64,000 nucleotides of DNA from Candidatus Micrarchaeota archaeon. Its GTDB lineage: Archaea > Micrarchaeota > Micrarchaeia > Anstonellales > Bilamarchaeaceae. Position 1 is the first letter of the stretch. Every line of letters begins with the position of its first letter. The position numbers were made by a program, and so were the translations under genes. Positions 46,381 through 54,794 of the stretch are shown piece by piece. The stretch lies in NCBI GenBank assembly GCA_043827025.1, contig JBDRPL010000009.1:1-64000 (forward strand), written 5' to 3'. The notes beneath the pieces were generated by a model. That model was not told the origin of the DNA. It did no database searches and saw nothing but the letters and a program-made list of their open reading frames with translations.

Positions 46381-46750
46381 CAGCCCAAGGGGGATGCCCA
46401 CTCATCGTGAACGAAGTTCACGAGTGTGCCCGTGACCGTGTGTTAAGTTGTCCTGAAAAGGATGCGACTGTAGGGGGATCCAAGCAACAAAAGCAAAGCC
46501 TCCAAAATTAAGAAGCTGATTAAACTGGCGCGTGCTAAGAAATAGTTTCTATTCCATACGGATTCCGTATTTTCGTCTCATAGAGCAGCCTTTATATGCT
46601 CTGCTACTCAGAAGAGCACTCGGCGAGATGATCTATTCTCCGATAAAACGGCGTTCCGTTTTATGGATCATAAATCGATGCGTCGATTTATCGGTCGTGC
46701 CAAATTTGGCATAGTCGTGCTAAACAGGAGTAAGATCTCTGATCTAATAT
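46381..46750. mobile_element. Hairpin-dense noncoding element sharing its end with the IS200 element (non-autonomous element or ncRNA)
   Basis: Begins CAGCCCAAGGGGG, identical to 20001-20013; at least seven short palindromes; no credible ORF. Confidence 0.5.
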
Positions 46751-46753
46751 AAA

Positions 46754-46935
46754 TGCAGGGGGCAGGAAATTCCGTTTCCAGTTCCCGGTTTTCGGTTTTG
46801 GAAACTTTTGAACCTGCGGACTCACTAAGAGACTGGATGTCTTATTGCTTTTTAGCAACCGTGTTTTTGGGCTGCCTTTTTCCTAAAAAGGCAGACTTAA
46901 GTCCAGCGCGTTTGACCGAGCTCTGCCACCCCTGC
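46754..46935 (-). tRNA. tRNA-Leu(TAA) with anticodon-loop intron (46839-46895) and T-loop intron (about 46768-46806)
   Basis: Acceptor GCAGGGG/CCCCTGC plus A; CTGGA-CT-TAA-G..A-TCCAG; BHB central helix CTTA/TAAG; variable arm; T stem GCAGG/CCTGC split by a GTTTCC/GGAAAC hairpin. Confidence 0.88.
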
Positions 46936-47101
46936 GAACGAAGTGAGCAGGGGGCATTGACCAATAGGCCAATCCAACCCCTGCATGCAGAAGATAAAAA
47001 TACCTACGAACAATTAATAAAAGATGTACAATCCGGTTTCAATTGCGTTTTTGCAAACATTTAAGTCTATTATCATATATGTTTAATTATGGTATTAATT
47101 T

Positions 47102-47893
47102 ATGCAGATGCGTTATCGAAAAGAAAGGCATGGTTTTCAAAAGCCAAATGTACTTGGCATCCCAGGCCATGTCTTCGGCAGGCATTGGCACCAGAGGAGA
47201 GGCGCTAAGGTTCCATCTGATAATGCTGAGATGAGAGACGAAGTTCATATCCGATGGCCCACTGCCATAGAAGTAAAAATGCATCTTTTTCCTGGTAGAT
47301 GCCCCTTCATCTTGCCTAATGATGATCATTGGGGTGTAACTCGTACAAAACTTGATGAAATTGAAATGGCTCAGCAGTTTCCAATCTCGGTTCACTGCAG
47401 AACTCTTGTGTCTCAAGTAATCATGCCGGTTATCCTTTACTGGGGTTGCGGCAGGGGAACTGCGGTTCGAACTTTGGCAGAAGATCCTGAAATCAAGGGA
47501 AGAGCCCTTATTTTTGGCTATGGTGACCTTTAGTACTCCGAATGGAATGAAATTCAAGGAGTCAAATTCCTCTTCTTTGTCAAAGAACATCTTGCAGAAT
47601 ACTTCAGAAGGATGAAATTACGTATAGATTTTATTTTCAGTAATTGTGCAGTGGATTATCTGCATGGACAGGTTTTAATAGATCATTTGACGGATTTGGC
47701 CTCGGTGATGTCTCCGGGCGGAGTTCTTCTTTTTCCAGGAATGTGTAATCGACCTGAAATGACCAGGCTTATGGATTTATTTGATGAACTGGGTCCATAC
47801 CCCGCTGCTTGCAGTGAAATCCAGTTCATCAAAGCTGTGACCGAATGGGGCATACCCTATCAGCTTGCTGTGGGGTCCCTTCGGTCACATTGA
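47102..47893 (+). pseudogene. Class I SAM-methyltransferase-like orphan interrupted by an in-frame TAG (47531-47533)
   Basis: VILYWGCGRG (motif I) before the stop; IDFIFSNCAVDYL and MSPGGVLLF after it in the same frame with no other stop. Confidence 0.65.
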
Positions 47894-48014
47894 TTTGAGA
47901 TTAGAACAATCGATTATGAACATGGCGGTCTTTCTCTTCCATCTGCATATGTCCTTACCAAAAAGCCAGAAACTGGAAACCCATGATCCAAGACGCTGGA
48001 CTCTAGACTGGAGA

Positions 48015-49316
48015 CTAATACAAATATCCCCACATGGCCAGCCTGTCGCTGTCTTCTGCCCACTTGGCGCCTATGTCTGTCCTGTAGAACATGTTTGGTA
48101 TAATTATGTTCTTTATCCTGTTGTAGACCAGCCTTCTTGTTTCCTCCATGGTGGTTCCGGAAGCTGTTATTATGAGTGAATAGCCGCAGTTGCCTGCAAG
48201 CCTCCAATCATTCTCAACCAGTTTCACATCTCCAAGGTGGACTCCGTCCATATTGGATTTCTTGAAGATTATGGATGCATCTTCTGAATATCTTTTGAAG
48301 GATTCAGGGTCATTGAAAGGGAATGGAGGCACTGCAATCACAACTCCTATCTCAAAAGCCCTTTTAGTCCTTAATTCTGGCTTCTCTTTTTTGGCCATGC
48401 CGTAGAGGAACGTGCCCCATTCATTCAGTACGCCTTCCATGACAATGCTTATGTGGGGATAGCCGAATCTGCTTGTGAATTCAAGAGGATATATTCCTCG
48501 TGAGTTGGCGATGCAATTTATGTCTATGTATCCAACGTAGCCGCATGCTGCCAGTTTCTCTTTCATCTTTAGTAGTGTCGCATCAAACAGCGGGCTTCTG
48601 TTGGTGAAGAACATCGAAGTGCCCATCTCCCCAGTACTTGGTCCTATGTCCCCGGGAAACATTCTTTTGTGTTCGAAATTTATGTTTATTGGGTAAAGGA
48701 ACTCCTCGCCATTGAAGAATGCTCCCACTGCAACTTCGACACCAGAGATGTGTTTCTGTATCTGGAATTCCTTTATTTTTTTGCCCCAGTTTTTCTTGTA
48801 CCTTTCAAGCATCTCTACGATGTCTTTTCCATCATCTTCCTGTCCGACAAACAGAAGTTCCTTTTCGTTCTGCGCTATTCCGCTTGGCTTTAACACATAC
48901 CTATCAGGAGTCTTTACAATGAATTCCACTGCATCGTCAAAATTGGTGAAATTCCATCTTGGGATTATGTTTATGCCAACTGATTTCATCTCGGATTGGC
49001 CAAATTCCCTGTCCATCTCCAGTTTGTCAGTATAAACGCTTCCTCCAACTACAGGTTTCCCTGATTTTCTTAGTTTCTCTGCATCTTCGCCAAATCCAAA
49101 ATCATCGAATACAATCAGGTCTGCCCAGTCCACATGTTCCTTCCAGTTGTCAACTTTATCTACAAATCCATCGCAAACATCTTTCTGGTCTTCTTCTTTA
49201 ATGTAATATTTTACCTCATGGCCTTCTTTTTTGATGGCCCAAGCCATATCGCCTATAAGCGCATCAATTGAAACAAACAGTATTTTCAATGTTTTTTTAT
49301 GATTGTTGCCATTCAT
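48015..49316 (-). CDS. PurD-like ATP-grasp ligase (divergent GAR-synthetase family)
   Basis: LEMDREFG, VLKPSG, EHKRMF, GPSTGEMG, EFTSRFGYP, YRTDIG. Confidence 0.75.
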   Translation of the reverse strand: MNGNNHKKTLKILFVSIDALIGDMAWAIKKEGHEVKYYIKEEDQKDVCDGFVDKVDNWKEHVDWADLIVFDDFGFGEDAEKLRKSGKPVVGGSVYTDKLEMDREFGQSEMKSVGINIIPRWNFTNFDDAVEFIVKTPDRYVLKPSGIAQNEKELLFVGQEDDGKDIVEMLERYKKNWGKKIKEFQIQKHISGVEVAVGAFFNGEEFLYPININFEHKRMFPGDIGPSTGEMGTSMFFTNRSPLFDATLLKMKEKLAACGYVGYIDINCIANSRGIYPLEFTSRFGYPHISIVMEGVLNEWGTFLYGMAKKEKPELRTKRAFEIGVVIAVPPFPFNDPESFKRYSEDASIIFKKSNMDGVHLGDVKLVENDWRLAGNCGYSLIITASGTTMEETRRLVYNRIKNIIIPNMFYRTDIGAKWAEDSDRLAMWGYLY

Positions 49317-49433
49317 ATCTATATTGGGGGACAAATATTTATTTGCATTTTGGTATTTTTGCAGATGTATCCATTTTTTTACAACAATCCACAAAAATAA
49401 GCTTTTTATATGCTCCTATTGTAGTTTATACAA

Positions 49434-50222
49434 ATGGATCAGCTCAAAGGCATTGCTTTGCGCAATTACAATGGTGATAAGCGCGAAGGTTCTCGGCACG
49501 CATACATTTTGAATGAGCTTAGAAAAAGAGGCTGCAAGCCTATTGTGGATTCCCATATGAACATTTGGGTGGAAAAAGGGAAAGGCAGGCCAGTTGCCTT
49601 GTTTTCTTCGCACATGGATATTGATCCAAAGATAAAAAAGCCGGTTTTCAAGGAAATTAATAAAAAGGGCCGCAAATCTGTTTTTGGAGTTTTGGATAAT
49701 TGTATAGGTTGCCACATCAATCTTGTTCTTGCAAGCAAAAAGCCGAAAAAAGGCACAGCGATTTACGTTTTTACAGCTTCTGAGGAAGTCAAATGGAATT
49801 GCCCGAGAATTTTCTCCCGCAGTGCCAAGGAAGTGGTTACTGAGCTTAAGCGCAGGAATATAGAACCAGATTTTTGCATTGCCATTGACGTTACTTATCC
49901 TAGGCAGATACGGGTCCACAAAGGTCAGGACCTAAACAAGAACTATAAAAAATTTTTTGATATTTCAGACAAGACTCACTGCTATGTTGATTGCTATGCC
50001 AACCAGGTTTCAAGAAAGCTTGGGAAGTCTCTTGTCAGAAAATTCAATGACTCAAAAGTCAAGTTCCGCAATCTTCATGGCCATGATGAATCTTATGTCT
50101 ATGGTAGGATTGCGCCTTCATTTGGTTTCGGGCCGGTTGTTTACGGTGCATTCGACAAGCCGAAACAGCTGATGCCCCTGTCGCACATGAAGAGCGCAAT
50201 ACGTTTTTTGCGAAAGTTTTAA
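49434..50222 (+). CDS. Zn-dependent exopeptidase, M20/M28/M42 clan
   Basis: SSHMD, GVLDN, ASEEV, IAIDV and HDES motifs. Confidence 0.7.
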   Translation: MDQLKGIALRNYNGDKREGSRHAYILNELRKRGCKPIVDSHMNIWVEKGKGRPVALFSSHMDIDPKIKKPVFKEINKKGRKSVFGVLDNCIGCHINLVLASKKPKKGTAIYVFTASEEVKWNCPRIFSRSAKEVVTELKRRNIEPDFCIAIDVTYPRQIRVHKGQDLNKNYKKFFDISDKTHCYVDCYANQVSRKLGKSLVRKFNDSKVKFRNLHGHDESYVYGRIAPSFGFGPVVYGAFDKPKQLMPLSHMKSAIRFLRKF

Positions 50223-50247
50223 ATAACATTGTATTTAATGTTATTTT

Positions 50248-50802
50248 ATGTACAAACTTCAAGGGCCAAGAAGATTACCCAAGTCGCACATTATGTGTGT
50301 TATCCGGGATCATCCCCCACGACCTGAAGATATAATGGGCAGATCTCATTTGCAGGTATCAAAGGGTACTGGAATTTCCAGAGACTATGCGAATCAATTT
50401 AATTCTATTTTCAGTGCACTGCTGATCTTTATTCGGTTTAAGTCGCTAGGTCGGGATCCAAACTTTGCAATTAATAAAATCAGGCAATTCATATCAAAGA
50501 CTGTGCACTATCAGGTTTTTCTGAAAAGTAAGTTAGCTCTTTATGCCAATACGCCTTCTGGAGCGGCAATGGATGCGGATTCGACATTGAGGACATTATG
50601 TTCTCCCAAACAAAAAATAAAAATGCTTGACCATCTTGTTGATTCCTTACATACTACTGGATCAGAAAGTTCTCTTGACATTATCCGTATTCTTGATGTT
50701 GTTTTAGAGGCGTTTTCATTGATTTACTCTCGAAAAGAGGGTGCCAAGATTTTGAAACAGATTGCTGACACAAGGGATGACTTGGCTGCATCTTTAAAAT
50801 GA
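50248..50802 (+). CDS. Orphan helical protein
   Basis: 184-aa ORF with basic N-terminus. Confidence 0.5.
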   Translation: MYKLQGPRRLPKSHIMCVIRDHPPRPEDIMGRSHLQVSKGTGISRDYANQFNSIFSALLIFIRFKSLGRDPNFAINKIRQFISKTVHYQVFLKSKLALYANTPSGAAMDADSTLRTLCSPKQKIKMLDHLVDSLHTTGSESSLDIIRILDVVLEAFSLIYSRKEGAKILKQIADTRDDLAASLK

Positions 50803-50821
50803 CTTCATTCAATTTCCTGCG

Positions 50822-51856
50822 CTAGTCGTCACCCATGAATTTCAATGGCTTGTTCTTTTTGTGCTTCAGCGCCTTTTTGATGACCTTGGAGAATACCCAG
50901 ACGAGGAAGATTACAAACACCACGAGTATTCCTATTATCGTTTCTCCTGAAACCTGAAGCAGAACTCCCAGGTTCGTGATAGTATTGTAGGCCATATGCA
51001 CTATTATTGCAGGTATGACTGCAAAAGGAAGGTACTTGTCATCATTTGGATCTTTGTTCTTTCGTATAAGGCCCACGATTCCACCCGTTATTCCAGTGAA
51101 AACCCCGTGGAGCAAACCGCTTCCGAATATCCTCAAACCCACCAGGCTAAGCCATGGCACAAGCCCGATTTCAAATGGAGAATAAAATGTATAATATCCC
51201 CAGTTTTCCATAAAAGAGAATCCCACACCTATGATAAAACCATAAAGTATGCCATCCATCATGTCATCCATTTCGTGATGGAAAGACATCACAATAACTC
51301 CGCTTCCCTTGATTATTTCTTCTATCACTGGGCCTGCGATTGAGATCACTATTGCTCCTGCAATGACTGTTCCGAAAACAGCTGTTAATTCTGTTTCAGC
51401 GAAATCATTTGCAAAAGCTGAGATGAATGTTGCGATACAACCTAGGAGGAATAATGTAGGCACGAATCTCAAAGGCTCTCTTTCCCTTGAATCAATTATC
51501 CACATTATGACTGCGTATGCAAAAGAAAATGCAAGAGCGATTGCGCCGGCAGCAACAAAAGTGAAGATCACCTCTCTTGTGTTTGGCAGGTCTATTGAAA
51601 TCATATAGACATAAATTCCTATGAACGCAAGCCCAATTATCCAGAAATAAATTGAAACAAGGAATGAAGTGATTTTTTGGGAGAAGGTCATTCCAGGCCT
51701 GAAAGGGCGGAACAATGTTTTTGATGCATACTCTCCCTTATACGCCTCGACATTCTTTTGCCTTTTTGAGTAGCGGTACATCAAGTATGCCCCTCCTATG
51801 ACAAAGAGGAGCATTATGAATATGAAAACTGTGTCAACGATATAGATATCTTCCAT
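50822..51856 (-). CDS. prsW: PrsW-family intramembrane metalloprotease
   Basis: DSREREP, PVIEEIIKG, GFSFMEN, LLHG and VHMAYN motifs. Confidence 0.88.
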   Translation of the reverse strand: MEDIYIVDTVFIFIMLLFVIGGAYLMYRYSKRQKNVEAYKGEYASKTLFRPFRPGMTFSQKITSFLVSIYFWIIGLAFIGIYVYMISIDLPNTREVIFTFVAAGAIALAFSFAYAVIMWIIDSREREPLRFVPTLFLLGCIATFISAFANDFAETELTAVFGTVIAGAIVISIAGPVIEEIIKGSGVIVMSFHHEMDDMMDGILYGFIIGVGFSFMENWGYYTFYSPFEIGLVPWLSLVGLRIFGSGLLHGVFTGITGGIVGLIRKNKDPNDDKYLPFAVIPAIIVHMAYNTITNLGVLLQVSGETIIGILVVFVIFLVWVFSKVIKKALKHKKNKPLKFMGDD

Positions 51857-51862
51857 AATACA

Positions 51863-52579
51863 TCATCCATACATGGACCCAGTAGGCTTCTTGGAGATTA
51901 TCTTGGATTTTATCATCTTGTTTTTCATCTGTTTTTCCATGTCTTTGGCTTCTGTTTGAAGCTCTTTTATGTCAATTTTTATGTTCAGTATTTTTGATAG
52001 CGCTAATATGGCATTTGCAGCTGCCTTTGGATCCAATTCGTCCTGGGATGATTCTGCAAGTATTGAAAGTACTGGAAATTTCAGGACTGTTCCCATTGTA
52101 AGAAGAGTTCCTGCGACTCCTGTGGTTGCACCTTCTTTTATTGAGTTGGCTATCTTTTTCTTTTCCAGTTCCTTGACCTTGCCTAGGTCTGTGGATATTG
52201 CATATATCTTGTCCTCACCTTCATGCATGCATATGCCTCCAAGTGTGATTGCTTCCTTGGCTTTTATGGACGTCATGTATTCGTATATCTTTTGGGCAAG
52301 TTCCATTGAGGTTGCAACTGGTATGGACATTTCTGAAAGTATGACTACTAGGTTGTATTGTTCTGAATAATGTATTCTTGCTGCTGGGAGTGGAACATAA
52401 TCATGGATGGCTGCGAGTGGTGCAAAGCTTTCGCTTGTTATATAGCCTACGAACTCAAGCTTCAGACTGTCGATTATCTGGCTTGCTGCCACGCTTCCGA
52501 CAAGGCCTGTGCCTGGAAAACCGATAATAACAGTAGGATTCTTCGTCTTTATGTCTTTTATTTTGTGGATTTCGACCAT
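51863..52579 (-). CDS. PAC2-family proteasome assembly chaperone-like protein
   Basis: IGFPGTGLVGSVAA, ITLGG, TGVAGTLL, DPKAA, C-terminal SMYG. Confidence 0.88.
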   Translation of the reverse strand: MVEIHKIKDIKTKNPTVIIGFPGTGLVGSVAASQIIDSLKLEFVGYITSESFAPLAAIHDYVPLPAARIHYSEQYNLVVILSEMSIPVATSMELAQKIYEYMTSIKAKEAITLGGICMHEGEDKIYAISTDLGKVKELEKKKIANSIKEGATTGVAGTLLTMGTVLKFPVLSILAESSQDELDPKAAANAILALSKILNIKIDIKELQTEAKDMEKQMKNKMIKSKIISKKPTGSMYG

Positions 52580-52645
52580 GGAGGTATAAATGAAGCCAAA
52601 GTTTATATATTATTTGAATCTATCTTATACTATTGAGGTAATGTC

Positions 52646-52816
52646 ATGTCTTGGAAATCACAAAGCGTATCAATGCCAATGACTTCAGCAGGTATTGTAG
52701 GCATCGCAGCAAATGAACAGCTTGCAGGCATACAGATAGATCCGAGGGTTGTAATCCTGGCAACACTTGTTTTTGTAGGAGTCGTAAAAATAGCAAGCAT
52801 GCTTGTGATGGGATGA
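52646..52816 (+). CDS. secG: Preprotein translocase subunit Sec61-beta/SecG (56 aa)
   Basis: GAGGT RBS; MPMTSAGIVG...GIQIDPRVVILATLVFVGVV; below the ORF-track cutoff. Confidence 0.85.
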   Translation: MSWKSQSVSMPMTSAGIVGIAANEQLAGIQIDPRVVILATLVFVGVVKIASMLVMG

Positions 52817-52823
52817 ATTTTTA

Positions 52824-53576
52824 CTAATCCTTTATTTGGTCCCACATAAACTCGAAGAATTTTTTATATCCATCAGCCAGTTTTCTGCCTTTCATCACGA
52901 ATTGAATCGGCTCTTCGTCTAATTGGCCTGGCCCGATACCTACAAATGTAACTACTCGGTCGCCAAATATGTCAACTGCAGTCTGGCTCGAATATTTTTT
53001 CGGAAAGAATTTGTACGGTTTGTCGACCAGTTTCAATATCTCTGGTTTCTGCTCCTTTACTTCGTAATCGAAAATGTGCCTGAACTCAATTCCTCTTTTT
53101 TTCCGCTCCTGGTCGAACTTAACCAGAAAATGCTTGAGTCTTGGGTCAAGCCAGAATGCCTTTGCCCCTATGAAATAAACAGTCTCGCCAGTGTCAAGTA
53201 TGTCCTGCAAATACTGCTTGAAACCATTGATTCCTTTATAGACATAAGCCGTTTCGTCTTCTTCATACCTATTGAATTTCTTTTCCAAATCCGGCAGTAT
53301 CTCATTTAGCTTCTTTTCCTTTTCCTGTATCAAATCCAATAGCCGAGAAGGGTGAATGGCGTGATACTCTTTTCGGTTGTGAATAAATGTTTCAGATATT
53401 AGCCCTTTTTCCAGCAGTTTGGCAAGCACATCATAGATATTTCTTCTATGGACTTTTGATTTGGTCGCCATTTGCTCTATTGAAGAGCTTCCCAATGACA
53501 GGAGTGATTCATAGACCTTGGATTCATTTTGGCCAAGACCGAGTTCTTCTAATATTTTCTCATACATGTTTCTCAC
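52824..53576 (-). CDS. TrmB-family transcriptional regulator (start possibly 53567)
   Basis: LEELGLGQNESKVYESLL...HRRNIYDVLAKLLEKGL wHTH plus effector domain. Confidence 0.88.
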   Translation of the reverse strand: MRNMYEKILEELGLGQNESKVYESLLSLGSSSIEQMATKSKVHRRNIYDVLAKLLEKGLISETFIHNRKEYHAIHPSRLLDLIQEKEKKLNEILPDLEKKFNRYEEDETAYVYKGINGFKQYLQDILDTGETVYFIGAKAFWLDPRLKHFLVKFDQERKKRGIEFRHIFDYEVKEQKPEILKLVDKPYKFFPKKYSSQTAVDIFGDRVVTFVGIGPGQLDEEPIQFVMKGRKLADGYKKFFEFMWDQIKD

Positions 53577-53785
53577 AACAATGCAATAAGTTCTTCCTTC
53601 GAAAGGCCCATGACTCTCAGAATTTGCAAAAGGGTTCCTTTTTTGAGTTCCTTATGCTGAGGGATAACGAGAAGTACAGATTCCTTTTTTAGAATAAGGT
53701 GGCTGCCTTTTTGCCTGGTTATTGCAAAACCGATTTTTACTGCCACTTTGGTAAGTTCTGCACCGCTTATAACTGGCAGTTTCAT
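53573..53785 (-). CDS. hicA: HicA toxin
   Basis: GFAITRQKGSH...IPQHKELKKGTL. Confidence 0.92.
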   Translation of the reverse strand: MKLPVISGAELTKVAVKIGFAITRQKGSHLILKKESVLLVIPQHKELKKGTLLQILRVMGLSKEELIALL

Positions 53786-53789
53786 ATCT

Positions 53790-54017
53790 TCACGAAGAGA
53801 ATGCGGATGGTTCTACGACAGTAATGTTCTTTAGGATTGATCGAAGCTTGGAACCTTCTATCTCTTCCATGTATACCTCTGCAGCTTCCTTTATGTTGGC
53901 GAATGCTTCCTCTTTTGTTTCTCCTTGTGAGATGCAACCTGGAAGTTCAGGAACATATACGGTATATCCGCCTTCTTCTTGTTTTTCCAAGACTACATGG
54001 TATTTCATATTATTCAT
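53790..54017 (-). CDS. hicB: HicB antitoxin (short form)
   Basis: EEGGYTVYVPELPGCISQGETKEEA; AAGGTGG RBS. Confidence 0.92.
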   Translation of the reverse strand: MNNMKYHVVLEKQEEGGYTVYVPELPGCISQGETKEEAFANIKEAAEVYMEEIEGSKLRSILKNITVVEPSAFSS

Positions 54018-54125
54018 TATATTCCACCTTGTTTTTATTCTTACTGTTTTTCTTATGGTGATAAATGCCACCAACATTATTTAAGTATTCCATATGTCAT
54101 AATAAAAATCAAAAGGTGTTTTTAT

Positions 54126-54794
54126 ATGAAAACAAGAAATCGTATAACAAAGATTGCAACTGCGACTGTAGCAGCAATAACAATCGCAGCATTATGTTTT
54201 CCATTCAAGGCAAAAGCTGACGAGCTCTCGTTAACTCGAGGAACTGCAGCACAACTTTTTTATCAAACTAACAGAGAACAAAGACAGAAAGTAGGAATAG
54301 GATTTGATTCGACTTTCAGTTTAAGGGATTTTTCACTTGGTTTAGGTACTTCTGTTGTTTCTGAACTTGGAAAAGGTAACACTTCGCTTGAACGGGCAGG
54401 TCTTTCATTCGGTTTTCCGCTTCCTTTTGGTCTGAGTGCAACAACCTATGCTCAGATATATCAGTTCTTAGGTGGACAACGTGCATTTGGCGGAGTGCTT
54501 CATTTGCCCTTAGGACAAGTGACTTTGCAAGCTGGTGGAGAAAGAGATGTTGCAGGTGCAACCCCTGTTTTTGCAGGCGCGGATTTTCCCATTGGACCAG
54601 TTCTTATTTCACCAACAGCAATAGCTCCAATGGTTGATGGACAAGATTATCCTAACCTAGGAGGAACAGTAAAACTAACCTGGAAAACAAAAGTAGCAAA
54701 TTTCTTCCTGCAGGTTTTTGGAATGACAAATCCAGAGAAGAAAGAGCTTTTGGCAGGAAATGTGCAGGCAGGAGTGGAAATTCCAATCAACTAA
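54126..54794 (+). CDS. Secreted all-beta protein, membrane beta-barrel-like
   Basis: Signal peptide ending AKA-D; alternating Gly/hydrophobic strands throughout; ends VQAGVEIPIN. Confidence 0.55.
   Translation: MKTRNRITKIATATVAAITIAALCFPFKAKADELSLTRGTAAQLFYQTNREQRQKVGIGFDSTFSLRDFSLGLGTSVVSELGKGNTSLERAGLSFGFPLPFGLSATTYAQIYQFLGGQRAFGGVLHLPLGQVTLQAGGERDVAGATPVFAGADFPIGPVLISPTAIAPMVDGQDYPNLGGTVKLTWKTKVANFFLQVFGMTNPEKKELLAGNVQAGVEIPIN

Noticed and set aside
46424..46750. Group IIC intron (GTGTGCCCG start directly after a hairpin)
   Set aside because: No domain V or domain VI motif and no RT ORF; the similarity is limited to about 9 nt
47087..47590. 167-aa minus-strand ORF
   Set aside because: Antisense shadow of the methyltransferase-like frame, which carries recognisable motifs
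48015..49316. Gene symbol purD
   Set aside because: Signature residues deviate and no purine operon context, so the symbol was withheld
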